A stretch of DNA of 36,580 nt from Ginkgo biloba (taxonomy: Eukaryota > Plantae > Ginkgophyta): the NCBI GenBank assembly GCA_024626585.2, contig JANKJI020000002.1, forward strand, positions 144,277,209-144,313,788, written 5' to 3'. The first letter of the stretch is position 1. The number at the start of each line of letters is the position of its first letter. Under the pieces are notes generated by a model. That model was given only the letters and a program-made list of their open reading frames with translations, had not been told where the DNA came from and ran no database searches. The translations under genes and the position numbers were made by a program. Below, one piece after another: positions 1 to 12,993 of the stretch.

Positions 1-3000
1 TCATAGAGAACCGTGTGTTGGGCTAACATAGTGTCAAGGGCAATATAGATCTTGACATAGAGGAAGCAAAAGATAGAGGGACACCCCTAGGGTTTAAGAA
101 GTGATCAAATGAAAAACTCATTGACAACACAAACTCAATGAACAACGATTGGATGGTTTAGATTAGAGGAAAAAAAAACAAGAGACTACAAAGTTAAAGC
201 TTAGTGTTGGGTCCAAAATTGAGCTCGACAAAGCCATCAGGACCATTTCAAGCATGACAAAGAAAACTTGTGACTAGAAGTGAGAGTTGTGCTTTCCTTG
301 ATTTGACCATTTTTTAGCTACATTTGATACCAGTAAGCTTGTATAATCTCGAATTTGCATTAAATAAAGATTTGAGATCATACATCAAATCCACAAAATC
401 TTGCTCCACCAAGATGGATGATTCATTGGAACTTGGCAAAAAATAGAGGTGCACTCTTCATGGTCGGAGATAAAATTGCTTTGACAAAAGCCATGCTGCT
501 AAAACTTCAACCCACATTATCAGAGCATGTAGCTCAATAGAACACCTTAGCATGGTGACACATGGACCAATTCCACATCAATAAAGGGATAAAAAGTGAG
601 AATTGAATGGTTAAGTAACTCATTCTTGGTAGTTCCACACAAATTTATAGTTAAATTGATAGTTGTAAAAGTTATTCAAAGCCTCTTTTGAAGAGGGGTG
701 TGCGGAGAGTTTAGATCTTACAATTAAGGAGGAATCAATTGTGAACTCAAATAAACTAAAGGATACATTATGTATCATCCACTCTCTTCTCTAAGCTTCT
801 CATAAATATTGTAACTTGTCCCTCGTATAGAGGCAAAGATTATGTGCACTCTGATAAGCGAACTTCTTTATCGGTTATAAAGCTTTGTAATTTGTGGACA
901 TAGATTTGACTTAAAGTAAAAGCTTTGCAGAGCATTTTATTTTATTTTAATAAACCAAAATTTTATCTCATGATAGTAGTTTATGAATGCGAATTTAAAT
1001 TGTTGTAATTTGCTCTTATGAAACACAGTAATATCTAGATCATAATTGGTTTCAAAGTCTTCAGTTTTCTAAGCTTGAGTATGCACTAAAAGCTTTGAAT
1101 TATTTGGATTCAATCCAACTACCAAGGAGGACGAGAACAACCTACAAATTCACTACTACTAGGTTATAGGAGAGCTAGCCAAGCTTAGTCAACTCAAGAA
1201 GAAGCTCAATCAAGTAGTATGTCCAAAGGGCAAGATTGAAGGGAATGGTCGCACACGCTTGTAAAAGAAGATGAAGGTGAAAGGGTTGATAGTCTAGAAA
1301 TAAACTTGGATTAACTCAAGTTAGACATTGATGACATAATGTCTCAAATTTCGCAAATTATGCAAGGCTTAGCCATGAGATCTTCTAAAACTACAACCAC
1401 AACACCTCATAGTAGTGTTGGTAGCATTGGTACTACATCTAGTGGGCCATNNNNNNNNNNNNNNNNNNNNNNNNNNNNNNNNNNNNNNNNNNNNNNNNNN
1501 NNNNNNNNNNNNNNNNNNNNNNNNNNNNNNNNNNNNNNNNNNNNNNNNNNNNNNNNNNNNNNNNNNNNNNNNNNNNNNNNNNNNNNNNNNNNNNNNNNNN
1601 NNNNNNNNNNNNNNNNNNNNNNNNNNNNNNNNNNNNNNNNNNNNNNNNNNNNNNNNNNNNNNNNNNNNNNNNNNNNNNNNNNNNNNNNNNNNNNNNNNNN
1701 NNNNNNNNNNNNNNNNNNNNNNNNNNNNNNNNNNNNNNNNNNNNNNNNNNNNNNNNNNNNNNNNNNNNNNNNNNNNNNNNNNNNNNNNNNNNNNNNNNNN
1801 NNNNNNNNNNNNNNNNNNNNNNNNNNNNNNNNNNNNNNNNAGAGAAATTCAACTGGTACACCACCAAATTGGAATCTTTTAATAATGAGGACAACTTGGT
1901 ATTGAAATTCATAGGTGGTTTGCACACCCCTATTCAAAAGGAATTAGAGATGTTTAAGATTAAGACTCTTGATGAGGCCTATCATAAAGTAAAACGTGTT
2001 GAAGTTACGAGCAAGTGAAAATCCCCTATCACTCAACCCAAGACTCAAAAGAAAATATTCCAAAAACGTCCTCTAAAATTTTCGTAGCAAAAAGAGAAAC
2101 TAGTTGAATGGATTAGAAGGCTCTTGAGAAGAAACAAGGTAAAAGCAGTGCACCTTATTGTGAGGAATGTAGAATCCATAGTCACACATAAGTTAATTGC
2201 CAGAAATTACATCGAAAGATAAGGCACAAGAACTTGCACACCCAATCCAAAATAAAAGACAAAAAAAAAAATCCCCCGAAGTAGCCAATGCACTGCTAGC
2301 ATTGCTGGTGCATGAGAAAAGGGAAAATTCCTAAAGGGAACAGATATTTGTCATNNNNNNNNNNNNNNNNNNNNNNNCAAGAAGGCAACGATCTTAACTA
2401 TCTTTGATCCAAGTAGTCAAAGAAACTTGATTTCAGAGACCATTGTAAAGCAATTTATTTTCACCATGACTGAACATCCAACTCCTTACACTCTAGGATG
2501 GTTGAACAAAGACATAGAGCACACCATCAATAAGCAATGTAAGTTTAAACATGTTATTTCAAAAGATTGTACAACTGCGATAGATTGTATGTAGAGTAAT
2601 ACCTAGAAGTCCTTACTTATAGGACAGAGAAGTTGGATTCAAGAGGAGGCCTAATCAATATAGACTTGTTAAAGATGGCTAAGGTTACATAATCAGAGCT
2701 AAGGGAAATCAAAAGCTATTTTTTTCATAACAACAACTCAAGCCAAGAGGCTTGTCAATGCTTCTAGGATATTTGTCTGTTAAGACCAATACAGGATTGG
2801 ACAACAAATGAGAGTGGTGCACAAACAATTATTCAAGGACAACTCAACAACGTGTTGTACAATAATGTTGATGTCTTCAAGTAGTTTGAAGGAATGATTC
2901 CCAAGAGATCCATTGAGCATAGTATTGAGTTACAAAAAGTAATACGTCCAAGTTCAACTCCATATAGAAGCTTAGTTTTGGAGAATGAGGAAATAAATAA

Positions 3001-3352
3001 GCAACTCTAAGAACTGCTAGATAAAGGACATGTAAAGCCTATCACTTCACCTAGTCGTAGTTCCCAAGAAAGATGAAACTTGGAGGCCATGCATGGNNNN
3101 NNNNNNNNNNNNNNNNNNAGCTCTTAACAAGATCACAATGAAGAACCAATATCCTTTCCCAAGGATAGAGGACTTGCTTGGTTAGCTCCAAGGAGCTAAG
3201 GTTTTATGCAAGACAAGCCTCAAGTAGGCTATAAAGTATGAAAACACGTGAAAAACTGTCTTGAAAACAAGGTTGGGTATTTTTGAATGGATGGTCATGC
3301 CATTTGGGGTAACCAATGCACCAAGCCCCTTTATGACGTTAATGAATATTTT
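1..3352 (+). mobile_element. Degenerate Ty3/gypsy LTR retrotransposon: 5' LTR, PBS, gag, protease, 5' part of RT; truncated at ~3352
   Basis: LTR-like region ending ...CTAGATCA at 1042, then a PBS-like site. Decayed gag (LKFIGGLHTPIQKELEMFKIKTLDEAY ~1900-1990; Zn-knuckle-like YCEECRIHSHT*VNC ~2157-2200), protease (IFDPSSQRNLISE...HPTPYTLGWL ~2400-2505) and RT (VPKKDETWR...ALNKITMKNQYPFPRIEDLL...[22 protein letters not shown] ~3060-3350). Many stops and frameshifts. Confidence 0.9.
1047..1058 (+). promoter_or_regulatory. Degenerate primer-binding site (tRNA-iMet type)
   Basis: TGGTTTCAAAGT matches the consensus TGGTATCAGAGC at 9/12; it lies 4 nt after the LTR-terminal CA at 1042 and upstream of gag. 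Confidence 0.6.
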
Positions 3353-3364
3353 TTAAATGCATTA

Positions 3365-5424
3365 GCAATTGTAGGATAGGCCCACGAAAGTGGAATGGAT
3401 TTTTAAATGTCGATCCAATTTGTGTTCACTTTAACATTTTTTGGAGCATGACTTAACACGTCATTGAACAATTTGGTTTGGCAATTTGCTTGGGGATAAT
3501 GAGATGGTGACTTAGCATGGTCGATACTTGGAATTTTCATTGATTCTTACATCATTTCACTTATGAAATAAGTACTTCTATTGGACACAATAGCTAAGGG
3601 AATTCTAAATTGACAAATGATTTGGTTGGAAACAAACAAGGTCATTGATTCTTCAACAACTTTATGGTTGACGATTGCTCGACCCATTTTGTGAAAATTG
3701 ATAGTTGTTATAGTAAATTGATGTTTCAAACTTAAGTGGGCATCAAATTCAATAACAAAATATATGCCCTATTTTGCAAATGGGATAGCTACTACCTGAG
3801 GTTTACGAGGCATCAAATAGGTGATATGCCTATTGACAAAATTGTGACAACTATAACATCTTTTCATTGCATCATGGAAATCTCATAATATAGTTGGCCA
3901 ATAGTAACCAATGTGAATTCTTTTAGATGTTGTAGCATGAGTAGAGCAATGTTNNNNNNNNNNNNNNNNNNNNNNNNNNNNNNNNNNNNNNNNNNNNNNN
4001 NNNNNNNNNNNNNNNNNNNNNNNNNNNNNNNNNNNNNNNNNNNNNNNNNNNNNNNNNNNNNNNNNNNNNNNNNNNNNNNNNNNNNNNNNNNNNNNNNNNN
4101 NNNNNNNNNNNNNNNNNNNNNNNNNNNNNNNNNNNNNNNNNNNNNNNNNNNNNNNNNNNNNNNNNNNNNNNNNNNNNNNNNNNNNNNNNNNNNNNNNNNN
4201 NNNNNNNNNNNNNNNNNNNNNNNNNNNNNNNNNNNNNNNNNNNNNNNNNNNNNNNNNNNNNNNNNNNNNNNNNNNNNNNNNNNNNNNNNNNNNNNNNNNN
4301 NNNNNNNNNNNNNNNNNNNNNNNNNNNNNNNNNNNNNNNNNNNNNNNNNNNNNNNNNNNNNNNNNNNNNNNNNNNNNNNNNNNNNNNNNNNNNNNNNNNN
4401 NNNNNNNNNNNNNNNNNNNNNNNNNNNNNNNNNNNNNNNNNNNNNNNNNNNNNNNNNNNNNNNNNNNNNNNNNNNNNNNNNNNNNNNNNNNAATTATTCT
4501 TATAGCCAACCAAAGTTTGACTTACACAATAGAAGGGTCATTTGTTACCAATTTCATCTTCTTCCATTCGCATAATCCCTATAGACGTGTGACAAAAATA
4601 TAAAGGATAAAATCTTTGTTGACATTAGGGGACATAAAAATAGGGGCACTACTTAAAGCTTGTTTAACAGAATCAAAGGTTAATTTGGCTTCTTGTTCTC
4701 AATGGAAAGGTACATCTCTGCGTAATAATTTGTGAATGGGATAAGAAATATTGGCAAAGTTTTCTATGAACCTTCTCATGTATCCAATCTCACCCAAAAA
4801 CACTTTAATTTTAGATACATTCTTGGGAGGTGGAATTTTTAATATCACACAAATTTTGTTAGGATCAACATGAATAATTTCTTTAAACACAGTATATCCT
4901 AACAACTTACCTGATTTTACTGCAAAATGAAATTTAGTAGGGTTTAGAATTATGTGGTATAATGGACACCTTTCAAATATTTCCCATAGATTGTCAAAAC
5001 ACTTTTTCTTGTTCTTGATCTAACAGTCAAATGGTCAAGGAAAGCATTGATTGTCTTATTAAGAAGGTCATGAAAGGTTTTGGTCATGGTTTTTAGATGG
5101 TTTTCCCTTGCATTTTTAAGACCAAAAAGCATAATTCTATAGCAAATGTTCCCCATGATGTGGTGAATTTTTTTTTGTGTCTATCTTCCTCGGTCAACAT
5201 AATTTGGGCATAACCCAAGAAGCCATCCATGAGAGATAGGACTTGAGTACGCACTCCTTGGTCAACTACTTCATCAACGAAGGGGGTTGAAAAATTAACT
5301 TTAGGGAAAGCTTTATTATGGTCTCTAAAATCTGCACAAATGTGAACTTTGCCAATTTTCTCAAGGGTAGGATGATATTGGCTACCCATAATGTATAATG
5401 AATTGAGAACATAAAATTCATATC
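3365..5424 (-). mobile_element. Degenerate Ty3/gypsy pol (RT-RNase H-integrase), non-chromovirus (Athila/Tat-like), opposite orientation to the neighbouring element
   Basis: RT: ICADFRDHNKAFPK...SLMDGFLGYAQI...FTTSWG..CYRIMLFGLKNA; VDPNKI...PPPKNVSKIKVFLGEIGYMRRFIENFA. Integrase: HIGYYWPTI, FTKWVE, NQIICQFRIPLAIVSNR, HYPQANCQ. The RT-RH-INT order is gypsy-type. Confidence 0.9.
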
Positions 5425-6012
5425 TGTTATAGCCAAGAAAACTACGACAAATTTAACCTAGAAAAGTGGACCAAAGGCATTCATGAAAGATGTGATGAAT
5501 TTAGCCTTTGGAAGGCATGCATAAGACCAAGTGAAATGATATNNNNNNNNNNNNNNNNNNNNNNNNNNNNNNNNNNNNNNNNNNNNNNNNNNNNNNNNNN
5601 NNNNNNNNNNNNNNNNNNNNNNNNNNNNNNNNNNNNNNNNNNAAAATTGCAAGAAACTCTGACAAATAGCAAAGGACTCCAACTTTAACAGATCAACAAC
5701 TCAAATTGATTGAAGCAAATCAATGGCTTGGAGTAAAGTGTAAAAGTAGAAAAGGCTCTGATAGTGTAATCGGGGAGCTTTGCAAAAAGCAAATACCTCC
5801 AATTAAATTACAAAATGGCCGACACTAAGTCAGGGCACTTTAAAGTCTTTTCAGACTTCAACAAAACCTTGATGTTAGTTGCTTCGCCACGTGGCTAGTG
5901 TCTATGTTTGCTAACTCCAAGAAGTTGAATTGAATAGTTTGGTAACTGCATTGATAGTTAGAGATGGAAGCATTATAAAACCTCACTAGAACTCAGAAGT
6001 AGGGGTTAGCAA
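5425..6012 (+). repeat. 5' part of an LTR (same family as the LTR at 1-1042), interrupted at 6013
   Basis: Starts TGTTATAGCCAAGAAA exactly where the minus-strand RT stops. GAATTGAATAGTTTGGTAACT (~5927) resembles GAATTGAATGGTTAAGTAACT (~600). TATAAAA at ~5974. Confidence 0.6.
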
Positions 6013-8283
6013 TGTAATAGACCCACCTTGATCACAGTGCTACCTACATTAATTCACTTGGCTCAAAGATATGAGTAAATAAATAAGTAACTCAAAGATA
6101 TGAATAAATAAATAAGTAACTAAGTACATAAATCATTCTCACTATAAAGTAGGTTCCAAATCAGAGTGCACACCAAACAACTAATCATGATAGCTCATAT
6201 AGAAAGAGCTTACATAAAGAAATAGATCAACATGTATGCATAAAACATTTATTTATACCAAATCATGCACAAGCACGTAAGACTCAAGGTTGGATTGCTA
6301 AGACAAAGGCTAAGGTAATTAACGTATACATTACATTCCCGCTATTGGCCATGAGGATCCCTTGAGGACTTAATTGTAGCTACCAACGCAAACCTATGGT
6401 ACCATGAAAGTTAACTATTAGCTCCAAACGGTCTGCTTGTTTGAGTCCACCCCTTGTAACTAGGAAGAGTGCCAAGGCAGTAAGCTCCAAGCCTTCTTTT
6501 AGGCACTAGGGCCATCTCTCTAAACAATTGAGATATTCCTCCTCTTGATAGTCCATACATTAAGGCATGCTGACCGCACTCAAAACACAATGTAGTACAA
6601 TTCTAGATGCAACATAGGTACAGGGTTCAACGAGACAACCCCCAAGATATTGTGGCTCGCTTTTGCAACTTCGTTGGGCCTTAAAACAACTCCAAACGAT
6701 GCTGAATATCTTCTAATGATGGTGCCTTCTACTATAGAAGAAGAAGAGGTCTTTCACCCTCCACTAAGCCTTCAAAAACTCGCTAGAAGGAAAAAAAAGA
6801 CCTTCGACCTAGCTTAGGACAATAGCAGTCTAAAAATTCTGACTTCTAAGAGTAGCAATAAGCTATCGAAATGTAGAAAAGTAGAAAGACAACATAGAGA
6901 CAATAATGGTGATGATGTGAGACATCTTCCTCAACCCTTCTTATATACTTTAAGGTGATGTTGGTCTCTACTTGACATTGACTCACCAGTAGGGTAAACT
7001 TAGCCCCAAAATCCTTCTTTTTAAGTGTCAAATACTCCTTAGATAGGTGGTGCTAAGGTTTACGATAGGCTTTTGTCCCTTCTGAATATGTCTTTATGTA
7101 TCTTAAGGGTTGTCACCATCATAATTAGCCAATGTCTTCAAAATTAGCATGTTGGCGTCATAACTAATCTTTCTTCTAGAGCCGTTCTTAGCAAATAAAG
7201 GCCATTTTCCTTAAACAGGCCTAATTAGTGCGTCTAGTGTCCATCTTCCTTAGNNNNNNNNNNNNNNNNNNNNNNNNNNNNNNNNNNNNNNNNNNNNNNN
7301 NNNNNNNNNNNNNNNNNNNNNNNNNNNNNNNNNNNNNNNNNNNNNNNNNNNNNTCTGACTACACTAAATTAATGGAATTTTTCTACAAATTGCATAGAAA
7401 TGTCATTTTTTGTTTTTGCATGGATAATTTATGGTTGAAAGCCCTAATTAATGAGAAATATGTAATAGTCTTGCCTTTCTAGGGTGCTCAGCCTAGTGCT
7501 CTAACCTCTCTAGAGGTTGTAGGAGCCTTAACCAGCAAAATCATCACTTTTTGAAGCCTCTAAGGTACAATGACCTTACTCCAAGTGTGAAGCATTGCAG
7601 GTACAAAACTGGTTCAACCAAACAACTTTTAGAACACAACTCCATTCTGCAATTGATTGGAGTTATAGCCTCCAAACAACTCCAAATGATGAAAGAATCC
7701 CTCCAATGAGGGCACCTTCTACTATAGATAGCAATGGGGTCTTACCGCTTCCAGAAATCCTCTAGAAAGTTGCTAGAATGCAAAAATAGCCTTACAACTT
7801 AGCTAAGGGAAAAAAAATGACTTCCAACAAGTAAGGAAGCAATCAAGACGTAGAAAAAGTAAAAAGCTAATGCAAAGCAATAATTATAATGATTTGAGAC
7901 ATTTTCCTTAGCCTTCCTTATATATTTTAACGTGATGTTAGGTTGTACTTAACGTCGCTCACAAATAGGGTGATCTTAACCCGAAAAGGCTTCTTTGAGA
8001 GTCAATTGTACATTAGCTACGTGGCGTTAAGGGATGACGTAGGCCTGTGTGTCTTCTTAAGTTATTTTTGTGTCACTTGAGGGCCCCATCATCATGGTTA
8101 GCCAATGTCTTCAAAATTAGCATGTTGGGTTCATAACTAAGCTCTCTCATAGAGACGTCCTTAGTAGATAAAGGTCGTTTTCCTTTAAGAGGCCTAATTA
8201 ATGTGTCTAGGGTCCATCCTCCTTAGTTGACTTGGTTGTTGACTCACTAGGCCTCTTTGACCACAATTGATAGGGTTGTAACA
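6013..8283. mobile_element. LTR-retroelement unit with two diverged LTR copies (6013->7253 and 7461-8283), flanked by a probable 5-bp TSD
   Basis: Both copies start TGTAATAG (6013, 7461) and the unit ends GGGTTGTAACA (8283). Shared blocks include TTAGCCAATGTCTTCAAAATTAGCATGTTGG at ~7126 and ~8098. Flanks are AGCAA (6008-6012) and AGTAA (8284-8288). There is an internal 100-N gap. Confidence 0.7.
6062..6121. repeat. 29-bp tandem duplication inside an LTR
   Basis: CTCAAAGATATGA(G/A)TAAATAAATAAGTAA occurs twice, with one mismatch. Confidence 0.9.
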
Positions 8284-8288
8284 AGTAA

Positions 8289-8670
8289 GAAGGGAGAGGC
8301 TTCAAAAGCTTTTGAAGAGAGCCATCAAATAAGACCGTGTGTTAATAGAGGTCGAAGAAAATTCTTAGATTCTTCCTTTTTCTTCCTCTTCAAGCTTTGA
8401 ACTTAAGCTTCTAATCTCAATTTGTAAGTTGATCCTTGTGTGAGGCAATAATTCTATGCACTTTGATAAGCAATCCCATTTTAGGGATATTAAGCTTTGT
8501 AAATTTTGTGGACATCAATTCAACTTCTAAGCTTAATGTAAATCTTTTTAGAGCATGCCAATTTTATTTTTTTCATTAAGCAACCTTTTATATATGACCA
8601 TAGCTTGTGAAGATAAAAATTTAATCATTTGACAATTGCTTTCATTATCCACATATAAGCTCTAAATAAA
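8289..8670 (+). repeat. 3' part of the interrupted LTR, homologous to ~670-1040
   Basis: Collinear diverged blocks, e.g. TGCACT(C/T)TGATAAGC, AAGCTTTGTAA...TTTGTGGACAT and AGAGCAT, shared with ~845-935. Confidence 0.7.
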
Positions 8671-9569
8671 AAACCCTAAAAATAACTCTACACATTATTT
8701 TATCTTTGGGAGAGATTCCATGGTCATATAATGGCTAATTTTAATGATTCTTATATGAACTTAACGTATCAAAACTTTTCATTTCCAAACCTATATATAA
8801 TTTTTATAGTTAAACCCTTGATATAACCTCAAGATACTAGATGGACTTACATGGAGATTTTTGGAGATATATAAAACCAAACCAATTGTATTTTCTCCTT
8901 GTTGAATTTTATGTTCCTTAATATACTTTTAAAACTAGTAATCCAATATTTTGCTAAAACTATCACTTATGTAACACTCTTCTAAAATGGATCAAAATAA
9001 ATATGAAAATTAGGTCTATTCAACTGCACTTTTTAGGAGATTTCAAACTTAAAAGTAAATACTTTTTCCTTTTAACTTGCCTAATCAATGCAATTCTTTT
9101 GAATATATAGGAAATGACAAGATTACAAGTTATATATTCATGAATTTAGAAGACTTAAGTCCCACTTTTATAGGACACAAAACATTAATTTAATCTGACT
9201 TGTATTGAACCTTTAGGGTTTCAATACTAAAAAGAGCCATAAATTAATATAATTCTATGGATAGTAATAAAAAACACATTAATTAACCACCAAGCAATAA
9301 GACATTCACACCTTATGATGAACTAAAAAGGGGGCTAAGCACTCAACATAGGGGGGATCATTTAGTTACAAACTCTCAAAACACGTGCATGATATACTTA
9401 ATAAATAATACCAATATACAAGCTCTTAACCCTNNNNNNNNNNNNNNNNNNNNNNNNNNNNNNNNNNNNNNNNNNNNNNNNNNNNNNNNNNNNNNNNNNN
9501 NNNNNNNNNNNNNNNNNNNNNNNNNNNNNNNNNTAACTAACAAAAAGTTGTGAAAATTCATCCTTTTAT

Positions 9570-9925
9570 GTATATCAACTAAATAATGGGAATCGATATT
9601 CATGGATTTCTTTAGTGCATTACCAACCATCCAAAGAGGAAATGACGACTTCTTTGTAGTAGTAGATAGGTTCAACGAAATGTCTATCTTAATTTCCCAC
9701 AAAAATACAATCATAAGGCAACAAGCAACAAAATTATTCTTCAAGCTACGCTTTGGATGGCTCACTTCTCAAGTATGTGGATAATAGATTTCTCAACCAG
9801 TTTTAGCAAACTCTATTAACACATGGGGATACAAGGTTGAAAGGGAGTATACCTTTTCATCTACAAACTGATGGCCAATATGAAGTGGTAAACAAGAGAA
9901 TGATTTAGCACTTAAGGATGTAGGG
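9570..9925 (+). mobile_element. Ty3/gypsy integrase core fragment
   Basis: WESIFMDFFSALPTIQRGNDDFFVVVDRFNEMSILI...ATKLFF, then a frameshifted HLQTDGQYEVVN, typical of the rve core. Confidence 0.88.
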
Positions 9926-9989
9926 ATAAAACATATTAATAGGTGTTATGATCAAGGGACCAAGGCCATCACGGAATTGGAATAATGTA

Positions 9990-10480
9990 GCAGAGTGGAG
10001 GGAATATCTGCCCGTGAAAATGCTATGAATGGTCATGGCAAATAACTCACTTCACATACTAGGAGAAGTATAGGTTCTAGAGTCCTTTGTTGAAATGCTT
10101 AGAAATTTTCCCCATTTCACAGGTTAGATTCTGTCTTATTAAAATATTAAAAACTCATTTCATCTCGAAGTTCAATCAATTTCGGGGACAGGAAGGCAAC
10201 ATAATTGGTGTTTGTTCACTACAATCTCCATCTTATATTTTGAGCTATGCCAAAATATCAATCTAATCCTTGCAGAATGCAAATGGGCATGATCTCCTCT
10301 GATATTTTATGGAAGAAAAAGATGATGTACAACATATATCAGAAATTGAGAGATTTGAGAGTGGCATTAGCAGTGGTAGTGGATAATCACATAGAAGTGC
10401 ATTCGGTCCAATAGATGATAACCTTGACGATGACCATTATGACAAGGATCGTGTTCATCCGCTTACAAATGAGTCATAGC
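9990..10480 (+). mobile_element. Probable internally deleted hAT transposase remnant (C-terminal dimerisation region)
   Basis: FISKFNQFRGQEG is followed directly (with a frame change) by LVFVHYNLHL (~10206-10235), a motif typical of plant hAT C-termini, and then an acidic tail. No TIRs identified. Confidence 0.55.
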
Positions 10481-12412
10481 ATGTGACTTTTCATTTTGAA
10501 GTTTGAAATATAATGTCACCGGCAAGTGGAGGTAAGTCCTTCTGAGCAAGTATTGTGGAGGACTTGAAGTTAAGGATATCCTCCGAGGTTCACTCTGAGA
10601 TCTGAAGGGTCAACTATTTGGCAAATGATTACAAAGCACTGGAATCACATCCTCCAAAGTTCCTTCCTATGTCCAGCCAATGTTGGGATTCAAACAAATT
10701 TTTGGTTGGACAAGTTGGCACTAACTCTAATGGATTTGTACTCTTTATCCATGACTATTGGCTCTCTAAGATATGTTTACCCGAAGGTTAATTTGATAGA
10801 TCCAAATATATAGGAGACACATTGCAGGCTACAACGCACAGGCTGGAGAGAGAGGAGACAAAAGTGCAGGCGACAGTAGAACAAACTACATAGGCGACAA
10901 TAAAATTAAATTGGTTATAAAGTTTAAAATAAAAAATTTAATCTGTTTATATATAACTTTTAAAGTCTGTCTAGACCACGGTCACATAAACCATGCATAT
11001 AACCATAGGATAAAGTGTTCAGATTTAAAGGGGCTAAGAATTTTTTAAAAGGGTTCTTNNNNNNNNNNNNNNNNNNNNNNNNNNNNNNNNNNNNNNNNNN
11101 NNNNNNNNNNNNNNNNNNNNNNNNNNNNNNNNNNNNNNNNNNNNNNNNNNNNNNNNNNNNNNNNNNNNNNNNNNNNNNNNNNNNNNNNNNNNNNNNNNNN
11201 NNNNNNNNNNNNNNNNNNNNNNNNNNNNNNNNNNNNNNNNNNNNNNNNNNNNNNNNNNNNNNNNNNNNNNNNNNNNNNNNNNNNNNNNNNNNNNNNNNNN
11301 NNNNNNNNNNNNNNNNNNNNNNNNNNNNNNNNNNNNNNNNNNNNNNNNNNNNNNNNNNNNNNNNNNNNNNNNNNNNNNNNNNNNNNNNNNNNNNNNNNNN
11401 NNNNNNNNNNNNNNNNNNNNNNNNNNNNNNNNNNNNNNNNNNNNNNNNNNNNNNNNNNNNNNNNNNNNNNNNNNNNNNNNNNNNNNNNNNNNNNNNNNNN
11501 NNNNNNNNNNNNNNNNNNNNNNNNNNNNNNNNNNNNNNNNNNNNNNNNNNNNNNNNNNNNNNNNNNNNNNNNNNNNNNNNNNNNNNNNNNNNNNNNNNNN
11601 NNNNNNNNNNNNNNNNNNNNNNNNNNNNNNNNNNNNNNNNNNNNNNNNNNNNNNNNNNNNNNNNNNNNNNNNNNNNNNNNNNNNNNNNNNNNNNNNNNNN
11701 NNNNNNNNNNNNNNNNNNNNNNNNNNNNNNNNNNNNNNNNNNNNNNNNNNNNNNNNNNNNNNNNNNNNNNNNNNNNNNNNGTGCTCAACACTTAGTCAAA
11801 TTTTAAGATTTCAGAATTTTACGATTTTGAGAGACTTAAGTGAATCCACCTAGTGCCCTTTGTAAAAGATCTAAACCTACATGCCTGAAAGTGAATAAAA
11901 CTAAGTTTATAGAATTTTGGATTCTAAAATTCAAAAGGTGAAAAGAGAAAAGATAAAATATATACAAAAAAAAAGGTTCACCTTCTTTGAATAGTTAGGG
12001 TAATTGAAGTAATTCACAAGGAAAAAGAGAAAAAAAAATAGAACAAGAGCAAGAGGAAGATAAACAGATTGAGTCATATGTTCACATCAACCATCTGCCT
12101 TCCTCTTTTTTAATTGAGCAAAGTTGGACAGGTAAGTTCTCCGAGCTCCCCATCCATGCAGAAGAAAATTTCCTTGGATTTTTGCCACCACCTTTAAGTT
12201 ACCTGATCTGTGACTTCAGTGTGCCGACAAGCCACATGTTTCCAGTGCCTTTTTCTGCAACTAAGCCCACGGTCTAGAGTCATAGTTGGACAGTTTGTCA
12301 GCCTCACCTATTTCATGGAGTTTTACTACACCTTTGGCTCCATTTTTGAGGCAGCTCCTAGCTCAGTATCATATGCATTCATGTACATAAATAGCCAATA
12401 TCTATCTTTGTA

Positions 12413-12566
12413 TTTTGCATAGGAGCAGTATGCAATTGTACATACACACCTATTGTAATACAAAAAGTGGCCATTTCATGAGGCACCTTTTTGCATAGGA
12501 ACAGTGTACGACAGTACATATCCACCTACTGTGAGACAAAAGTGGCCATTTCATGAGGCACCTTTT
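12413..12566. repeat. ~76-bp tandem duplication (2 units)
   Basis: TTTTGCATAGGA...AAAAGTGGCCATTTCATGAGGCACCTTTT occurs twice; the last 29 nt are identical and the first half has diverged. Confidence 0.9.
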
Positions 12567-12993
12567 AGTTTATCTATGCAATTTTTTCAATCAATAAAAC
12601 CATTATTTCAATGAAAAAATGAGAAATTTGGGATGTGGTAAGACCTAACAGCTAAAAGCAGAAACAAAAGTCTTGAGTAGCTGGAGGAGAAAGCATTGGT
12701 AAGATGACCCTAATATTATGCCCTGCATTATCATACATAAAAATTTGAATACCTAAGCATTATATACATGACAGATAGATTCTATTTAGGCTCAGTGACC
12801 GCATGCTTAAATGATTGAGAAACAGCAACTGGAAAACGTTTTGGCATTATTATGATATAAGGTTCTGAAATTAAGAGGGTATACAGCTGAATATTCATAG
12901 ACAAAATAGTGCTGACCTAAAACTGAGATAATTAAGAAAACGTTTTGTAATTGACATGCTATAAGATTGCCAAGTTACAATGTAGGGTGTTAC

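Noticed and set aside
12068-12137. Plus-strand exon candidate ending in a perfect CAG|GTAAGT
   Set aside because: The upstream sequence is purine-rich with no acceptor tract, the peptide is unrecognisable, and the base skew fits a minus-strand intron.
11880-12730. Possible acceptors for the final hydrolase exon (~11885, ~12723)
   Set aside because: Neither yields the expected GMMHxMDH-type peptide; the exon is probably in a gap or beyond the window.
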